Below, piece by piece: positions 29,866-39,537 of a DNA stretch of 64,000 nucleotides; position 1 is the stretch's first letter; each line of letters opens with the position of its first letter. Origin of the DNA: Stellaceae bacterium (GTDB lineage: Bacteria; Pseudomonadota; Alphaproteobacteria; ATCC43930; CGMCC-115725); NCBI GenBank assembly GCA_052143095.1, contig JBKQTR010000165.1:8852-72851 (forward strand), written 5' to 3'. The translations under genes and the position numbers were made by a program. The notes under the pieces were generated by a model that searched no databases, had not been told where the DNA came from, and saw only the letters and a program-made list of their open reading frames with translations.

Positions 29866-29911
29866 CGGTTCGCCCTCGGGCAGGATGGCGTAGGGCGTTT
29901 GGTGGGCGGCG

Positions 29912-30118
29912 CTAGGTGGGCGCGCGCGCTCCCGCCGATCGTCGCCGTTCGCGCAACCGCCGCCGCGCAGCCTCGATCTGCGCCCGCACGTCCTCCGGCG
30001 CCAGCCCATCGCGCGCCATGACGAGGCGCACGATGGAATCGTCGAGAACTTCGTCCAACGGGGGCTCGCGGTTGCCGACATACAGCATCACGCCCTCCAC
30101 GATGTCGTTCGCCGGCAC
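29912..30118 (-). CDS. hypothetical small protein
   Basis: 68 aa (GTG start; alternative ATG at 30088): ..LDEVLDDSIVRLVMARDGLAPEDVRAQIEAARRRL... Confidence 0.35.
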   Translation of the reverse strand: MPANDIVEGVMLYVGNREPPLDEVLDDSIVRLVMARDGLAPEDVRAQIEAARRRLRERRRSAGARAPT

Positions 30119-30234
30119 TTTGTCACCTACGCGGAGACGGGGCGGCTACAGCACTGCGGCAAATTCGTGGCCTGTCGTGTCGGATTGTGGCTGTCAACGA
30201 AAACCGGCGCAGCAATCCCGCTCGCGGGAGCCAG

Positions 30235-31503
30235 CTAGTCGCTTTTGCCCGCGCCCATGAAACCGAAGAGGTGGCCGGCGACTTTGCGCATCTGAATCTC
30301 CTCGGAGCCTTCGGTGATGCGATAGCGGCGGTGGTGGCGGTAGATGTGCTCGAACGGCTTGTGGCGGGAATAGCCGATGCCGCCATGCACCTGCATGGCG
30401 CGGTCGGCCGCTTCGCAGACCAGACGGTTCGCCCGGTAATTGCACATGGAGACCTTGTCGGAGAGCTTGATCGCCACCTCCGGCTTCGACATCCGATCCA
30501 TCTCCCAGGCGGTCTTGTGGATCAGGCTGCGCAGCATCGCCGCCTCGGTATGCAGCTCGACCAGCGGGAACTGGATCGCCTGATTGACCGCCAGCGGCTT
30601 GCCGAAGGGCTTGCGCGACTTGGCATAGGTCACGCTTTCGTCGATGCAATACTGCGCCGCGCCGAGCGAGGATGCGGCCTGCCGGATACGGTTCTCATGC
30701 ACGAAATGCTGCGCCAGCGCCAGGCCGTTCCCGGGCTCGCCGAGAACGGCGTCGCCCGGGATCCTCACATTGGTCAGCGAGATGCGCGGATGGTCGGTCG
30801 GCATGTTGAAGGTCCAGAGATATTCCTCGATCTTGAAGCCTTCGCTGTCGACGGGAACGATGAAGCAGCTGATGCCCTTGGCGTCGCCGTCCCTGCCGCT
30901 GCTGCGGGCGAAGATGAAGTCATGCGTCGCGACATGCAGGCCGGTGTTCCACATCTTCGCGCCGTTGATGCGCCAGCCATTGCCGTCGGGCACGGCGCGC
31001 GTCTCCATCCAGGTGGCATCCGAGCCGTGCTCGGGCTCGGTCAAGCCAAAGGCGACTTTGATCGAGCCGTCGAGAATGCCGGGGATGAACTGCTGCTTCT
31101 GCGCCTGGGTGCCGAAGTCGCGGAACATCAGCACGGTCGGCAGATTGCCGACGATGGAGCTCTCGTTCTGCAGGTCGTTGTGCAGGCCGAGGCCCTTGGC
31201 GGCCAGATGCTCGCGGATGACCGCCATGGCGAGATTGGAGCCGTCCTTGCCGCCATACTCCTTCGGGAGCGCAAAGCGGAAATGCCCGGCCTTGTCGGCG
31301 CGCCGGCGCATTTCGCCGAGCAAGGCCTCCCAATCGTGGCGCGGCAAGCCGCCGTTGTCGAAATCCGTGCGCGCCCATTCGCGGCGATGATCGAAGAAGC
31401 GGATATTGTCGTTCTCCCGCTCCAGCGGCTTGATCTCGCGCTCGATGAACGCATCGAGCTCTGCCAGATATGCGGTAATCTCGGCCGGAATCTCGAAATC
31501 CAT
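30235..31503 (-). CDS. acyl-CoA dehydrogenase family protein (LvaC/ACAD10-11-like context)
   Basis: 422 aa; ..FGLTEPEHGSDATWMETRA.., ..GGIGYSRHKPFEHIYRHHRRYRITEGSEEIQ... Confidence 0.9.
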   Translation of the reverse strand: MDFEIPAEITAYLAELDAFIEREIKPLERENDNIRFFDHRREWARTDFDNGGLPRHDWEALLGEMRRRADKAGHFRFALPKEYGGKDGSNLAMAVIREHLAAKGLGLHNDLQNESSIVGNLPTVLMFRDFGTQAQKQQFIPGILDGSIKVAFGLTEPEHGSDATWMETRAVPDGNGWRINGAKMWNTGLHVATHDFIFARSSGRDGDAKGISCFIVPVDSEGFKIEEYLWTFNMPTDHPRISLTNVRIPGDAVLGEPGNGLALAQHFVHENRIRQAASSLGAAQYCIDESVTYAKSRKPFGKPLAVNQAIQFPLVELHTEAAMLRSLIHKTAWEMDRMSKPEVAIKLSDKVSMCNYRANRLVCEAADRAMQVHGGIGYSRHKPFEHIYRHHRRYRITEGSEEIQMRKVAGHLFGFMGAGKSD

Positions 31504-31613
31504 GGTAGGTCCGCTGCCTGCGCCGGTTCCTTGCCGGCGATTAGAGCACGCGCCCGGAAGCCGGGCAAATCTGCCCTGGCCAATGCCGGCAGGCGAGCCC
31601 TATCGTCGGAGCA

Positions 31614-32624
31614 ATGAACGAACGAGAGGAATTTGCCGGCAAACTCCAGGCGGCGGTTGCGCGCCTGATCGGGCCGCCCGGCGACATCAGCGAGCTGCGC
31701 CGATTGACTGGCGGCGCGACCAAATCGACCTGGGCCTTCACCGCCAAGGTCGGCGGCAGCGATTTACCGCTGGTCATGCAGCTCTCGGCTCAACGCGCCG
31801 CCGCGGCGGGTGAGCTGTTGGTGGAATTGCCGCGGGTCATCGGCAAGAACGATGCCGGTTTGATGAGGGCGGCGGCGCGCGCCGGCGTGCCGACGCCGCC
31901 GATCCATGCCGTCCTGACCGAGGAGTTCGATCGCGGCGGCTATATCATGGACTTCGTTCCCGGCGAGACGATCGCGCGCCGCATCCTGCGTGAGCCCGGC
32001 TTTGCGCCGCTGCGGGCGGGCTTCGCCGCGCAATGCGGCGAGATCTTGGCGGGCATCCACGCCATCGATCGCGCGACCGTGCCGTTTCTCCTGCGCTTCG
32101 ACGCGCCCGCGCAGGTCGATCTCTACCGCCGCGTTTTTCTGTCCTACGACCATCCGCTGCCAGCGCTCGATCTCGGCTTCCGCTGGGCCAGGGATCACGC
32201 ACCGGAGGCGCAGCGCATCACCGTCGTGCATGGCGACTTCCGCATCGGCAATCTGATCTGCGGCGCCGATCGCATCGCTGCGGTCATCGATTGGGAGGTC
32301 AGCCATCTCGGCGATCCCATGGAGGATCTCGGCTGGCTCTGCGTGAAGACCTGGCGCTTCGGCGGCACATCGCCGGTCGGCGGCATCGGCCGGCGCGAGG
32401 ATCTCTTTGCCGCCTACGAACGCGCCACGGACATCGCCGTAGTGCCGTCGGCGGTGCGCTTCTGGGAGATCTTCGGCAGCGTCAAATGGGCGGTCATGTG
32501 CCTGATGAAGGGCTACGCCCATCGCCGCCCGGGCGGCGAGCGCTCGGTCGAGCAGCATGCCATCGGCCGGCGCATGGAAGAGCCGATTTACGATTTCCTG
32601 CAGCTTCTCGCCGGGGAGGATTGA
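31614..32624 (+). CDS. phosphotransferase (APH/choline-kinase fold) family protein
   Basis: 336 aa; catalytic loop VVHGDFRIGNLI and ..AVIDWEVSHLGDPMEDLGW... Divergent from the ACAD gene. Confidence 0.85.
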   Translation: MNEREEFAGKLQAAVARLIGPPGDISELRRLTGGATKSTWAFTAKVGGSDLPLVMQLSAQRAAAAGELLVELPRVIGKNDAGLMRAAARAGVPTPPIHAVLTEEFDRGGYIMDFVPGETIARRILREPGFAPLRAGFAAQCGEILAGIHAIDRATVPFLLRFDAPAQVDLYRRVFLSYDHPLPALDLGFRWARDHAPEAQRITVVHGDFRIGNLICGADRIAAVIDWEVSHLGDPMEDLGWLCVKTWRFGGTSPVGGIGRREDLFAAYERATDIAVVPSAVRFWEIFGSVKWAVMCLMKGYAHRRPGGERSVEQHAIGRRMEEPIYDFLQLLAGED

Positions 32625-32628
32625 TGCG

Positions 32629-32985
32629 ATGCCGATGAGCCAGCCGACGGCAGCGGAAATGCTCGCGGTGATCCGCGACTATCTCGAGGCAACCATCCTG
32701 CCCGAGCTCAGCGACGACAAATGGTTCAACGTCAAGGTCGCGATCAACATGCTGGCGACCGTCGAACGCGAGCTGCGCCTCGGGCCGGCGGCGAATGCCG
32801 CCGAGATCGCCAGGCTGGAGAGCATCACCGGCGCGCGCGGCTCGCTGGACGAGCTAAACCGGATCGTCGCCGAGCGCATCCGCGACGGCTCGATCAAGAG
32901 CGATGATGCCATCGTGCTCGATCACCTGCGGCGCAGCGCGGCGGATGCGCTGCGCATCAACAACCCGGCGTGGCTGGCGCGTTGA
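32629..32985 (+). CDS. small helical partner protein of the kinase (LvaB-like position)
   Basis: In-frame ATG of ORF 32557..32985: MPMSQPTAAEMLAVIRDYLEATILPELSDDKWFNVKVAINMLATVEREL... 118 aa. Starts 4 nt after the kinase stop. Confidence 0.65.
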   Translation: MPMSQPTAAEMLAVIRDYLEATILPELSDDKWFNVKVAINMLATVERELRLGPAANAAEIARLESITGARGSLDELNRIVAERIRDGSIKSDDAIVLDHLRRSAADALRINNPAWLAR

Positions 32986-33242
32986 TCGCGCTGGCCAATG
33001 TCGAGTTCCGGGAACACAATCCTTAATTGGCGACGCCGAGCGCATGTCGATCCCTCGCCAGGGGCAGCCCGGCCCCAAGCGCCGAGGCGAGAGGGACGGC
33101 TCAATCAAGTGTTGTGCCGCTTTAATTCCTGCCCTGATGCGACCGGCTCACGGTTGCTCGCGCAGTGAGCGGCGTCACAGGCCGGTGCCGCAAACCATGA
33201 TGTGGTTGGGGCAGAGCTTGTTGCGGCCTATCGGAGGCGATC

Positions 33243-33605
33243 ATGCAAACGCCGTCATCATCCGCGTGCCCGTCCGCCGCGGAACCCTCGCTGCACGATC
33301 TCCGCGAGTGGCTGGAGCGAGCCCGTCAGTTCCGTGGGCGGATCCAAGAGCTGCGCGCCCTTGCCGAGACGATTGCCGATCCCGATACCAAATCGGGCGT
33401 GCTGGCCGCAGCCGAAAACTACGCGCGCCTCGCGGACGAGCTTGGGAAAATCTGCGGGGCGTATTCCCGATCCGGCCTCGCGCATCATCGACCGCGGCTC
33501 GTCCCGCGGCAGCAGGACCAGGCGACGCTTGCCGCAGCGGGTGCCGCGCAGCTTCCGCCGCGCGTCACGCAAGGACCGACAGCCGAGCTTGCCGAAGGCC
33601 GCTGA
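33243..33605 (+). CDS. hypothetical protein, small-helical paralog 1
   Basis: 120 aa; GGAGG 6 nt upstream; ..EWLERARQFRGRIQELRALAETIADPDTKSGVLAAAENYARLADELGK... The C-terminal half is low complexity. Confidence 0.5.
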   Translation: MQTPSSSACPSAAEPSLHDLREWLERARQFRGRIQELRALAETIADPDTKSGVLAAAENYARLADELGKICGAYSRSGLAHHRPRLVPRQQDQATLAAAGAAQLPPRVTQGPTAELAEGR

Positions 33606-33861
33606 GCTCCGCGACCGGCGACGGACATCAAGCTCGCGTTCTCTGCTGAACGCCGTCATCCGGCCGCCGACCGTCACGGTCTCGGCGTCAACCCGAGCCA
33701 CGTTGCCTCGCCTCGGCAGCTATTCGCGCATTGCGTTCATCTTCTCCCGCCCACACGCTCCACGGTCTCGTAACCGATGGGCCGGTAGCCATTTAGTTCT
33801 TCCGGTCGCCTCGGATGCGCTTTCCAGGCGTTAGCCCCTAGGCACAGCGTGAAGACCGGCG

Positions 33862-34005
33862 ATGTCAGAGGTCAGTCGTTCAAGCTGGATGGTGGAGCGA
33901 CGCAGCAATGCGGCCATGATCGGCCGCTTGTTGGCGATCGGGCTCGCCCTTGCGCTCGATGTGGCCATAGGGATCGGAGCGTGGTGGGCGCTGTCGAGTT
34001 TTTGA
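33862..34005 (+). CDS. possible 47-aa membrane protein
   Basis: Own translation: MSEVSRSSWMVERRSNAAMIGRLLAIGLALALDVAIGIGAWWALSSF. Ends 12 nt before the next ORF. Confidence 0.3.
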   Translation: MSEVSRSSWMVERRSNAAMIGRLLAIGLALALDVAIGIGAWWALSSF

Positions 34006-34017
34006 AGGAGCGACCCC

Positions 34018-34308
34018 GTGACCGATGTTCTACCACCAGCGGCGGCCAAGAGGGTCAGGAGCGTCGTTGCCGCTCGGTATCCGGAACTCATCGGCGACCC
34101 CGCGTTTGATGCGACGATCAGAATTGCGATCCGCCTCGATCTGTCCGCCGGAAGCAAGGCGACCTATGTGGGAAAGAGCTGGAGGAGAGTTCTGAGCCGA
34201 GCGATCGTGGAAACGCTCAAAGAGGCGGCGGCGCTCGGTCTGCGCGTGGCAAGCGGACGCCGCGGCCGCGGAGGGGAAGCGACGCACGCGGACGACGCCG
34301 CGCCTTAG
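34018..34308 (+). CDS. hypothetical protein
   Basis: 96 aa; GTG start with GAAGGAG 7 nt upstream; MTDVLPPAAAKRVRSVVAARYPELIGDPAFDATIRIAIRLDL... Confidence 0.45.
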   Translation: MTDVLPPAAAKRVRSVVAARYPELIGDPAFDATIRIAIRLDLSAGSKATYVGKSWRRVLSRAIVETLKEAAALGLRVASGRRGRGGEATHADDAAP

Positions 34309-34535
34309 CGTCACTAGAGTGGGAAGAGGATCCATCGGGGTTCTCGAACCAATCTCCAATCGTCGAAAGCCGCATCGCGGACATGGGTAGGATTTTGCGG
34401 TAGCGCGTGGGACGATCTGTATTCAGCCGGTTGAAGACCGGCGAGATCAGGCCGTTACGGTGATTTGCCAGTCCCGGGGAACTGCCCCCGATCCCGGGTG
34501 TTTTGCTGTGACTGGGCTCTAAACCAGAGGTTTTA

Positions 34536-35012
34536 ATGAAGCCACGTCTATTCTCTGCCGCGGCGATCACGCTGCTCGCGAGCGCCCCCGCATGGGCGGG
34601 CCAGAAAGACGCGGATACGTCGCCGCCGGGCTATTGGCGTGCCACCCCGGATGCCGTGGTGCTTCGCTACGTGCCGAGCACCATTGGCCTCTCGGAGGAG
34701 GAGGAAGCTTTTTGCGGCAAGGCCGCGGCGATCTGGCAAGACGACGACCAGCAAGCAAAGTATGAAGACTGCATTCGGCTGCAGATCAGGATCAAGCGGC
34801 GCAATGCCGCCGACGATGCCATCTGCAAATCGTACGGCGTGAGTGTCGACAGCTCCGCCTACGCGCAATGCCGGGAAAATCTGGTCAATCAGCGTGGCGT
34901 CTACGAACGCGCTTTGCTGGCCCACCCGCTGACGGAATGGCCTGAACCGAAGCCATCAACCCGCTGCACCACACTTCACCCGGGCGACATCACCCGCACC
35001 ATTTGCGATTAG
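34536..35012 (+). CDS. secreted hypothetical protein
   Basis: 158 aa; signal peptide MKPRLFSAAAITLLASAPAWAGQ; Cys motif ..DDAICKSYGVSVDSSAYAQCRENL.. resembles the 8473 lipoprotein. Confidence 0.6.
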   Translation: MKPRLFSAAAITLLASAPAWAGQKDADTSPPGYWRATPDAVVLRYVPSTIGLSEEEEAFCGKAAAIWQDDDQQAKYEDCIRLQIRIKRRNAADDAICKSYGVSVDSSAYAQCRENLVNQRGVYERALLAHPLTEWPEPKPSTRCTTLHPGDITRTICD

Positions 35013-35022
35013 ATTTGATGGT

Positions 35023-35217
35023 TCACCTTATCAGTCTGCAACTGATGGCTGTCAGTACGGCGCCCTGCTCGTCGAAGATGGGTTGCTTGAATTGCACCAA
35101 TTGCATTCTGTTGGCGGCGTCCTGACACTCCTCGAAGCTGGCGAAGTCCCCAGCGTGTTGCTCATGGCAAGCCATCGCCGTTGAAAAACAGAAACTGAAA
35201 AACAGAGCAACCATCAT
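35023..35217 (-). CDS. small secreted Cys-containing protein (hypothetical)
   Basis: From the internal ATG of ORF 35023..35262: MMVALFFSFCFSTAMACHEQHAGDFASFEECQDAANRMQLV... The track start at 35262 is a TTG. Confidence 0.4.
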   Translation of the reverse strand: MMVALFFSFCFSTAMACHEQHAGDFASFEECQDAANRMQLVQFKQPIFDEQGAVLTAISCRLIR

Positions 35218-35624
35218 CGCTACCCCGGCATTCCAGCCCCGCTCATGCAATAAAGACGCCAACTCGACCTTTCGGAAAAGCGTCGGACGCGACGCGACCT
35301 CGGGGGGTCGCTACCACGGCGCCGGATAGGGCATGGCTCGCCAACCCGCAGTAAGGGCAAAGCGCCGCCCAAGTTTGAAGCGGCCCAAGCGTTTTTTCGG
35401 GCAGGGCCCGTCGATCGACCGCGGCGACCCCGGCCTCGGCGTCGCGGAAGTCGCGACAGGGTGGCGCGAGACCAGCGGCAGCGGATGGTTGAACGCCACC
35501 TGCGCCGCTGAATTCCGCACCGTCTCTATCGCCGTGTGGCGAGGACATGCGCAATTCAGGCGCGCCGTCCTCGGCAACAGGGCACCTCGATCGGCTTCTG
35601 CCCACTACGGCTTGTCGGCTCCGG

Positions 35625-35840
35625 CTACAGGCGCTGGAAACGGCGAGCGTCAGCCAGGACATCTGCGGAGAGCGTCTTTCGCTGCGTGGAATCCGAGACG
35701 CCGACGAGCTGTGCGTGTTGCCGTCGGTCGCTTCCCGTGAATACGGCGTCTACGATCCATTCGGTCCCCAAGGCGCCGAAGCGGCTCGGTTGAACATCAC
35801 GGAAACGCTGTCCGCGCTCGATTGGTGGCTTGGTGGCCAT
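35625..35840 (-). CDS. hypothetical protein (uncertain strand)
   Basis: 71 aa, ..RFRDVQPSRFGALGTEWIVDAVFTGSDRRQHAQLVGVSDSTQRKTLSADVL... The fully antisense ORF 35547..35894(+) has the same third-position GC, so the choice is weak. Confidence 0.3.
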   Translation of the reverse strand: MATKPPIERGQRFRDVQPSRFGALGTEWIVDAVFTGSDRRQHAQLVGVSDSTQRKTLSADVLADARRFQRL

Positions 35841-36087
35841 GCGATGATTTCACCGGACATGAGCGGGCGGATAGACTCCGCCGGCTCCGATTGAAACATT
35901 CGATCAGGCAGGTCGATCACTCATGCGCCATGCGATGGCACCCTACCGCTTGGACCACAAGCGTCAATGCGCATGGACCGTCACACGGGCGCGTCAGGAC
36001 GCTCTTCGATAGCTCGACGATGACTCGCTCCAGCTCGCCACCGTCGACACAATGCGCCTCCGCCAGCATGCAGCCAAGGCAGAGTTC

Positions 36088-36300
36088 CTAGTTGAAGTGG
36101 TCCAATGCGGTTCTCGGAAATCTGGCCGACAGCCATGAGAGCGTCTTTCGCCTCACCTCGTCCATCTTTTCCGGATCGTAGCACCCTCCGCGTTTCGCGG
36201 CCTCGATAAACATCCGCAGGTGATGCGAGCACGCATGGTGAAAGGTCAGCATAGCCAGCTCTGAGGGTAGGATTGCGCCGTGTCGATGACATCGCGCCAC
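36088..36300 (-). CDS. hypothetical protein
   Basis: 70 aa (GTG start; internal ATG at 36252): MLTFHHACSHHLRMFIEAAKRGGCYDPEKMDEVRRKTLSWLS... No clear RBS. Confidence 0.3.
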   Translation of the reverse strand: MARCHRHGAILPSELAMLTFHHACSHHLRMFIEAAKRGGCYDPEKMDEVRRKTLSWLSARFPRTALDHFN

Positions 36301-36770
36301 GGAGCCTGTGATGCCGCCGCCTGCTGCTCCACTTGGCGCGCCTATGCCTTGGGGTCTGCGACGAAAGCGGAACTGTCGAGGGATTTAGGCGGGGAGCCGC
36401 TTCGCTCCGATGGGGAGCAAAAGGCCTTCGCGTCCACAGCACCCCCTTTTGGGCCGCTGGCGAAAGGCGCCGCCCCTTATGAAGGCGATCACGCTACCCG
36501 CAACCCTTCTGCATAGCAACGCACACGTCGGAGTTTTCCACCGAAAACTTCCGTGTGACGGGGACCTCGGCATCTTGCGCCTCGGCGATGGCAGTCTCGC
36601 CGTGCTACGATCACGGTGAGCCGCAAAGGTGATTTCGAGATGGGGTCACCCGTCCCGCTGTAAAAGCAATTTCTGGGCAGCTTCTCGTGGACTTTGGACG
36701 CTGGCGCATCGCGTTTGCGCTCCGCGCCACGTTCTGCAACTGTCGACCGATCTCAATCACGGGGGCACGC

Positions 36771-36992
36771 ATGTACAAAATCGAATGTGACCAGAGCGGC
36801 ACGACATTCACCGTGCCAATGTCTTTTCCGGATAAGGATGCCGCACTCACCAACGCGCGCGAACTTTTGAGCGCCGGATTTCGTGTCGCCCGGGTTGTGG
36901 GGCCGGGATTCGAGATGACGGCAGATGCGCTGATCGCGCCTAAACGAGCGCCGCAGAAAGATCATCGGTCGGACGCCGACCGAACGCTGTAA
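36771..36992 (+). CDS. hypothetical protein
   Basis: 73 aa from the in-frame ATG of ORF 36687..36992: MYKIECDQSGTTFTVPMSFPDKDAALTNARELLSAGFRVARVVGPGFEM... Local GC about 50%. Confidence 0.45.
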   Translation: MYKIECDQSGTTFTVPMSFPDKDAALTNARELLSAGFRVARVVGPGFEMTADALIAPKRAPQKDHRSDADRTL

Positions 36993-37356
36993 GGTCGCGA
37001 CAACTAAAGCGGCCGGGCAAGGCGACGTCGATCACGAGTGTCGCCTTGTGGGTCGAGTTTCCGGAGGGAGACGAGTTCGCGATCGTGGACAAGGCAATCG
37101 CCGCATGCGCCAGAGCGCCGGTGATGGCGTCCATGGTTGAACCTTAGGCGTCCCACGTCGCCCCGCTCCGGCGTTTGCCGAAGCCTCTCAGCATCGGCGC
37201 ATTGTTGCTGTCAAACCTTGGCGGGGCAGCCTGACGCTGGGGTAGTGGACGGTCATGGGCGGCAGAAACGTAGGATTGCCCCATCCACGCGGAACAAGCG
37301 AAAGACGCCTAGCATCGAGGCATGCTAGTCTGTGGTCCACCGCCAGAGGAACCGCC

Positions 37357-37530
37357 ATGACCGACCCAGGAGCATGGAAAGTGCGAGCGGCTGATTTGCG
37401 TCGCCTCGCTGCCAGGACGAGAGAGGCTGAACGGGAGCGCAAGATGCTCGTGCTCGCGGATCAGCTCGACGAAATGGCATCCGCGACAGCTCGTCGCACT
37501 GGTGATGGCGACGGCCGTTCGTCGACCTAG
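37357..37530 (+). CDS. hypothetical protein, small-helical paralog 2
   Basis: 57 aa: MTDPGAWKVRAADLRRLAARTREAERERKMLVLADQLDEMASATARR... AGAGGA lies 7 nt upstream. Confidence 0.45.
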   Translation: MTDPGAWKVRAADLRRLAARTREAERERKMLVLADQLDEMASATARRTGDGDGRSST

Positions 37531-37697
37531 CACGGCTCTCGTGACGGCGTTCGCCGACATCACGGGCTCGCTGAGCGGCGCTGCCACCGCTCCCTCCTGC
37601 GTCTGCGCACCAGCGATGGCGTTCCGTTGACATCCTGCGGACATCGACATCCTGTAGTGTTGGACAATGGCACGTCAGACGGTGGGAAGAGGCTCCC

Positions 37698-37877
37698 ATG
37701 GATCATGCGCAGTACCTACGGGACCGCGCGGCAGAGTTCGGCAACCGCGCGATCACCACTGCCGACCCGATGACGGCACAACGCTTTCGCGAGCTGGCGA
37801 TCATGTGCCGCGAGAGCGCGGAGCGGCTGGAGCGCCGCGCCAAGGACCAGGCGTCGGCGTCTTATTTCGCCAGCTAG
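37698..37877 (+). CDS. hypothetical protein, small-helical paralog 3
   Basis: Own translation, 59 aa: MDHAQYLRDRAAEFGNRAITTADPMTAQRFRELAIMCRESAERLERRAKDQASASYFAS. Below the track cut-off. Confidence 0.45.
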   Translation: MDHAQYLRDRAAEFGNRAITTADPMTAQRFRELAIMCRESAERLERRAKDQASASYFAS

Positions 37878-37970
37878 CGCCGTGTCCGCGGCTTCTGCCA
37901 CGCAGACGACGGAGATTTGGCGCAGCGCGATGATGCCTGCGCCGGGCGTTTCCCGAGCCCGCGCTCCGCA

Positions 37971-38513
37971 TCAATCGATGCGTGCCAGGTCGCGCAACGG
38001 GACGCCGTCGCGAAACCGTGCGACGAGGTCCTCCGGGTCGAAATTCACCCCGATGGGATTCTTGCGAAAGGCGGGCGACTCCATAAAGGCTCGGCCTTCG
38101 TCGACGGTGTCGAAATTGTCGATCTGCAGCTCAATCTGGTTCTTGTCCGGGTCGAAATAGTACATCGACGTGGTCGGGCCGTGATTGATGCACCAATGCG
38201 GGCGGATGCCGATCTCTCTGAGACGCAGGTAGGTGTCGACGAGACCGGAGAGGGTCGCATAAGTGAAGGCGACATGATGCAGGCCGGCCTCTCGTCCGGC
38301 GGCGATCGGGCTTCCTGCCCCCGGCTCGCGCGCACCGAGCGGACCGGGGTCGAGAAAGGCGATGCGGTGGTGCTCGTCGTCGTAACTGATGAAGGAAATG
38401 ACGGGGCTGTCGTGAATGACGCGCGCGCCGAGGACCTGGCAGTACCAGTCCCGCATCGCCCCGATCTGGTTGGTCTGCAGAACGACATGCGCCAACTTGC
38501 TCGGTGAAGTCAT
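37971..38513 (-). CDS. VOC-family protein (glyoxalase / extradiol dioxygenase fold)
   Basis: 180 aa from ATG 38513 (GGGAGG 5 nt upstream): MTSPSKLAHVVLQTNQIGAMRDWYCQVLGARV.., ..GLHHVAFTY.., ..YYFDPDKNQIELQ... Confidence 0.82.
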   Translation of the reverse strand: MTSPSKLAHVVLQTNQIGAMRDWYCQVLGARVIHDSPVISFISYDDEHHRIAFLDPGPLGAREPGAGSPIAAGREAGLHHVAFTYATLSGLVDTYLRLREIGIRPHWCINHGPTTSMYYFDPDKNQIELQIDNFDTVDEGRAFMESPAFRKNPIGVNFDPEDLVARFRDGVPLRDLARID

Positions 38514-38771
38514 TGTGTCCTCCCTTTGAGCGGACGTTCCCACGGTGCCGGGCCGCCCGCGGCAGAATGCGCCGTCTGCGCCTTGACGACAAGGAAGGAC
38601 GATGGAATCGGAGCGGGCCACGGCCGCGCTGCCGGCGTCTCCTCGGCGTAATCAGCGCGGTCGCGCCACCATGCGCTGGCGGAAGCGCCTCATCCGGAGT
38701 GCAAGCGTAGCGCGCCGTCGGCAGCATTTCCCGCCTTGACTAATTCATAACCGTGGGGTTATTGATCTGGC

Positions 38772-39095
38772 ATGCCGGCCGCGCCCGATCGTCTTTTCAA
38801 GACCCTTGCCGATCCGACCCGTCGAGCGATCTTCGAACGGCTGAGCCGCGACGGCGAACAGACCGTGCGGGCGCTGACCGACCGCTCGGGTGTCTCGCAG
38901 CCTGCGGTGTCGAAGCATCTGGGCGTCCTCAAGCTCGCCGGCTTGGTGCGCGACCGGCGCGCGGGACGCCAGACCCATTACAGCGCCCAGCCGCAGGCCC
39001 TGGCGCCGCTGATCGGTTGGATGAGCCGCTACGGCGCCTTCTGGCGCGACCGGTTCGATCGCCTCGAAGATGTCTTGAACAGGATGGACCCATGA
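38772..39095 (+). CDS. ArsR/SmtB-family transcriptional regulator
   Basis: 107 aa; ..LFKTLADPTRRAIFERLS..TVRALTDRSGVSQPAVSKHLGVLKLAGLV... Confidence 0.9.
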   Translation: MPAAPDRLFKTLADPTRRAIFERLSRDGEQTVRALTDRSGVSQPAVSKHLGVLKLAGLVRDRRAGRQTHYSAQPQALAPLIGWMSRYGAFWRDRFDRLEDVLNRMDP

Positions 39096-39535
39096 CCAAT
39101 CCCGCCGCCGCCCCGCCTTCCCTCGTCATCGAACGCGAGCTGCCGCATCCGCCGGAAAAGATCTGGCGCGCGCTCACGGAGGGTCCGCTGATCGCGGCGT
39201 GGCTGATGAAAAACGACTTCCAGCCGGTGGTGGGCCACAGGTTCACGTTCCGCGCCCCGCCCATGGCGCATTGGAACGGCGTGACCGACTGCCAAGTCCT
39301 GGTCGTCGAGCCCTATAAGCGGCTCTCCTACAGCTGGAACGCGTCGGGCGAGGAGGCGGCGGCGGGGTTGAAGACCGTCGTCACCTGGACGCTGACGCCG
39401 ACGAAGAACGGCGTTCTCGTGCGCCTGGAGCAGTCGGGCTTCCGGCCCGAAGACGCGGCCAACTACCAGGGCGCGGGCTATGGCTGGCAGCGGTTCGTCG
39501 CGGCGCTGGAGCGGGTCGCCGCAGGGCTGGACTGA
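39092..39535 (+). CDS. SRPBCC-domain protein (AHSA1/START-like)
   Basis: 147 aa; ATGA overlap with the ArsR stop; ..LVIERELPHPPEKIWRALTEGPLIAAWLM..FRAPPMAHWNG... Confidence 0.8.
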   Translation: MTNPAAAPPSLVIERELPHPPEKIWRALTEGPLIAAWLMKNDFQPVVGHRFTFRAPPMAHWNGVTDCQVLVVEPYKRLSYSWNASGEEAAAGLKTVVTWTLTPTKNGVLVRLEQSGFRPEDAANYQGAGYGWQRFVAALERVAAGLD

Positions 39536-39537
39536 CC

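Noticed and set aside
30187-31617. 476-aa plus-strand ORF opposite the acyl-CoA dehydrogenase
   Set aside because: Antisense shadow.
35547-35894. 115-aa plus-strand ORF
   Set aside because: Fully antisense to 35625..35840(-) with identical third-position GC. Neither can be proven; I listed the minus-strand ORF at low confidence only.
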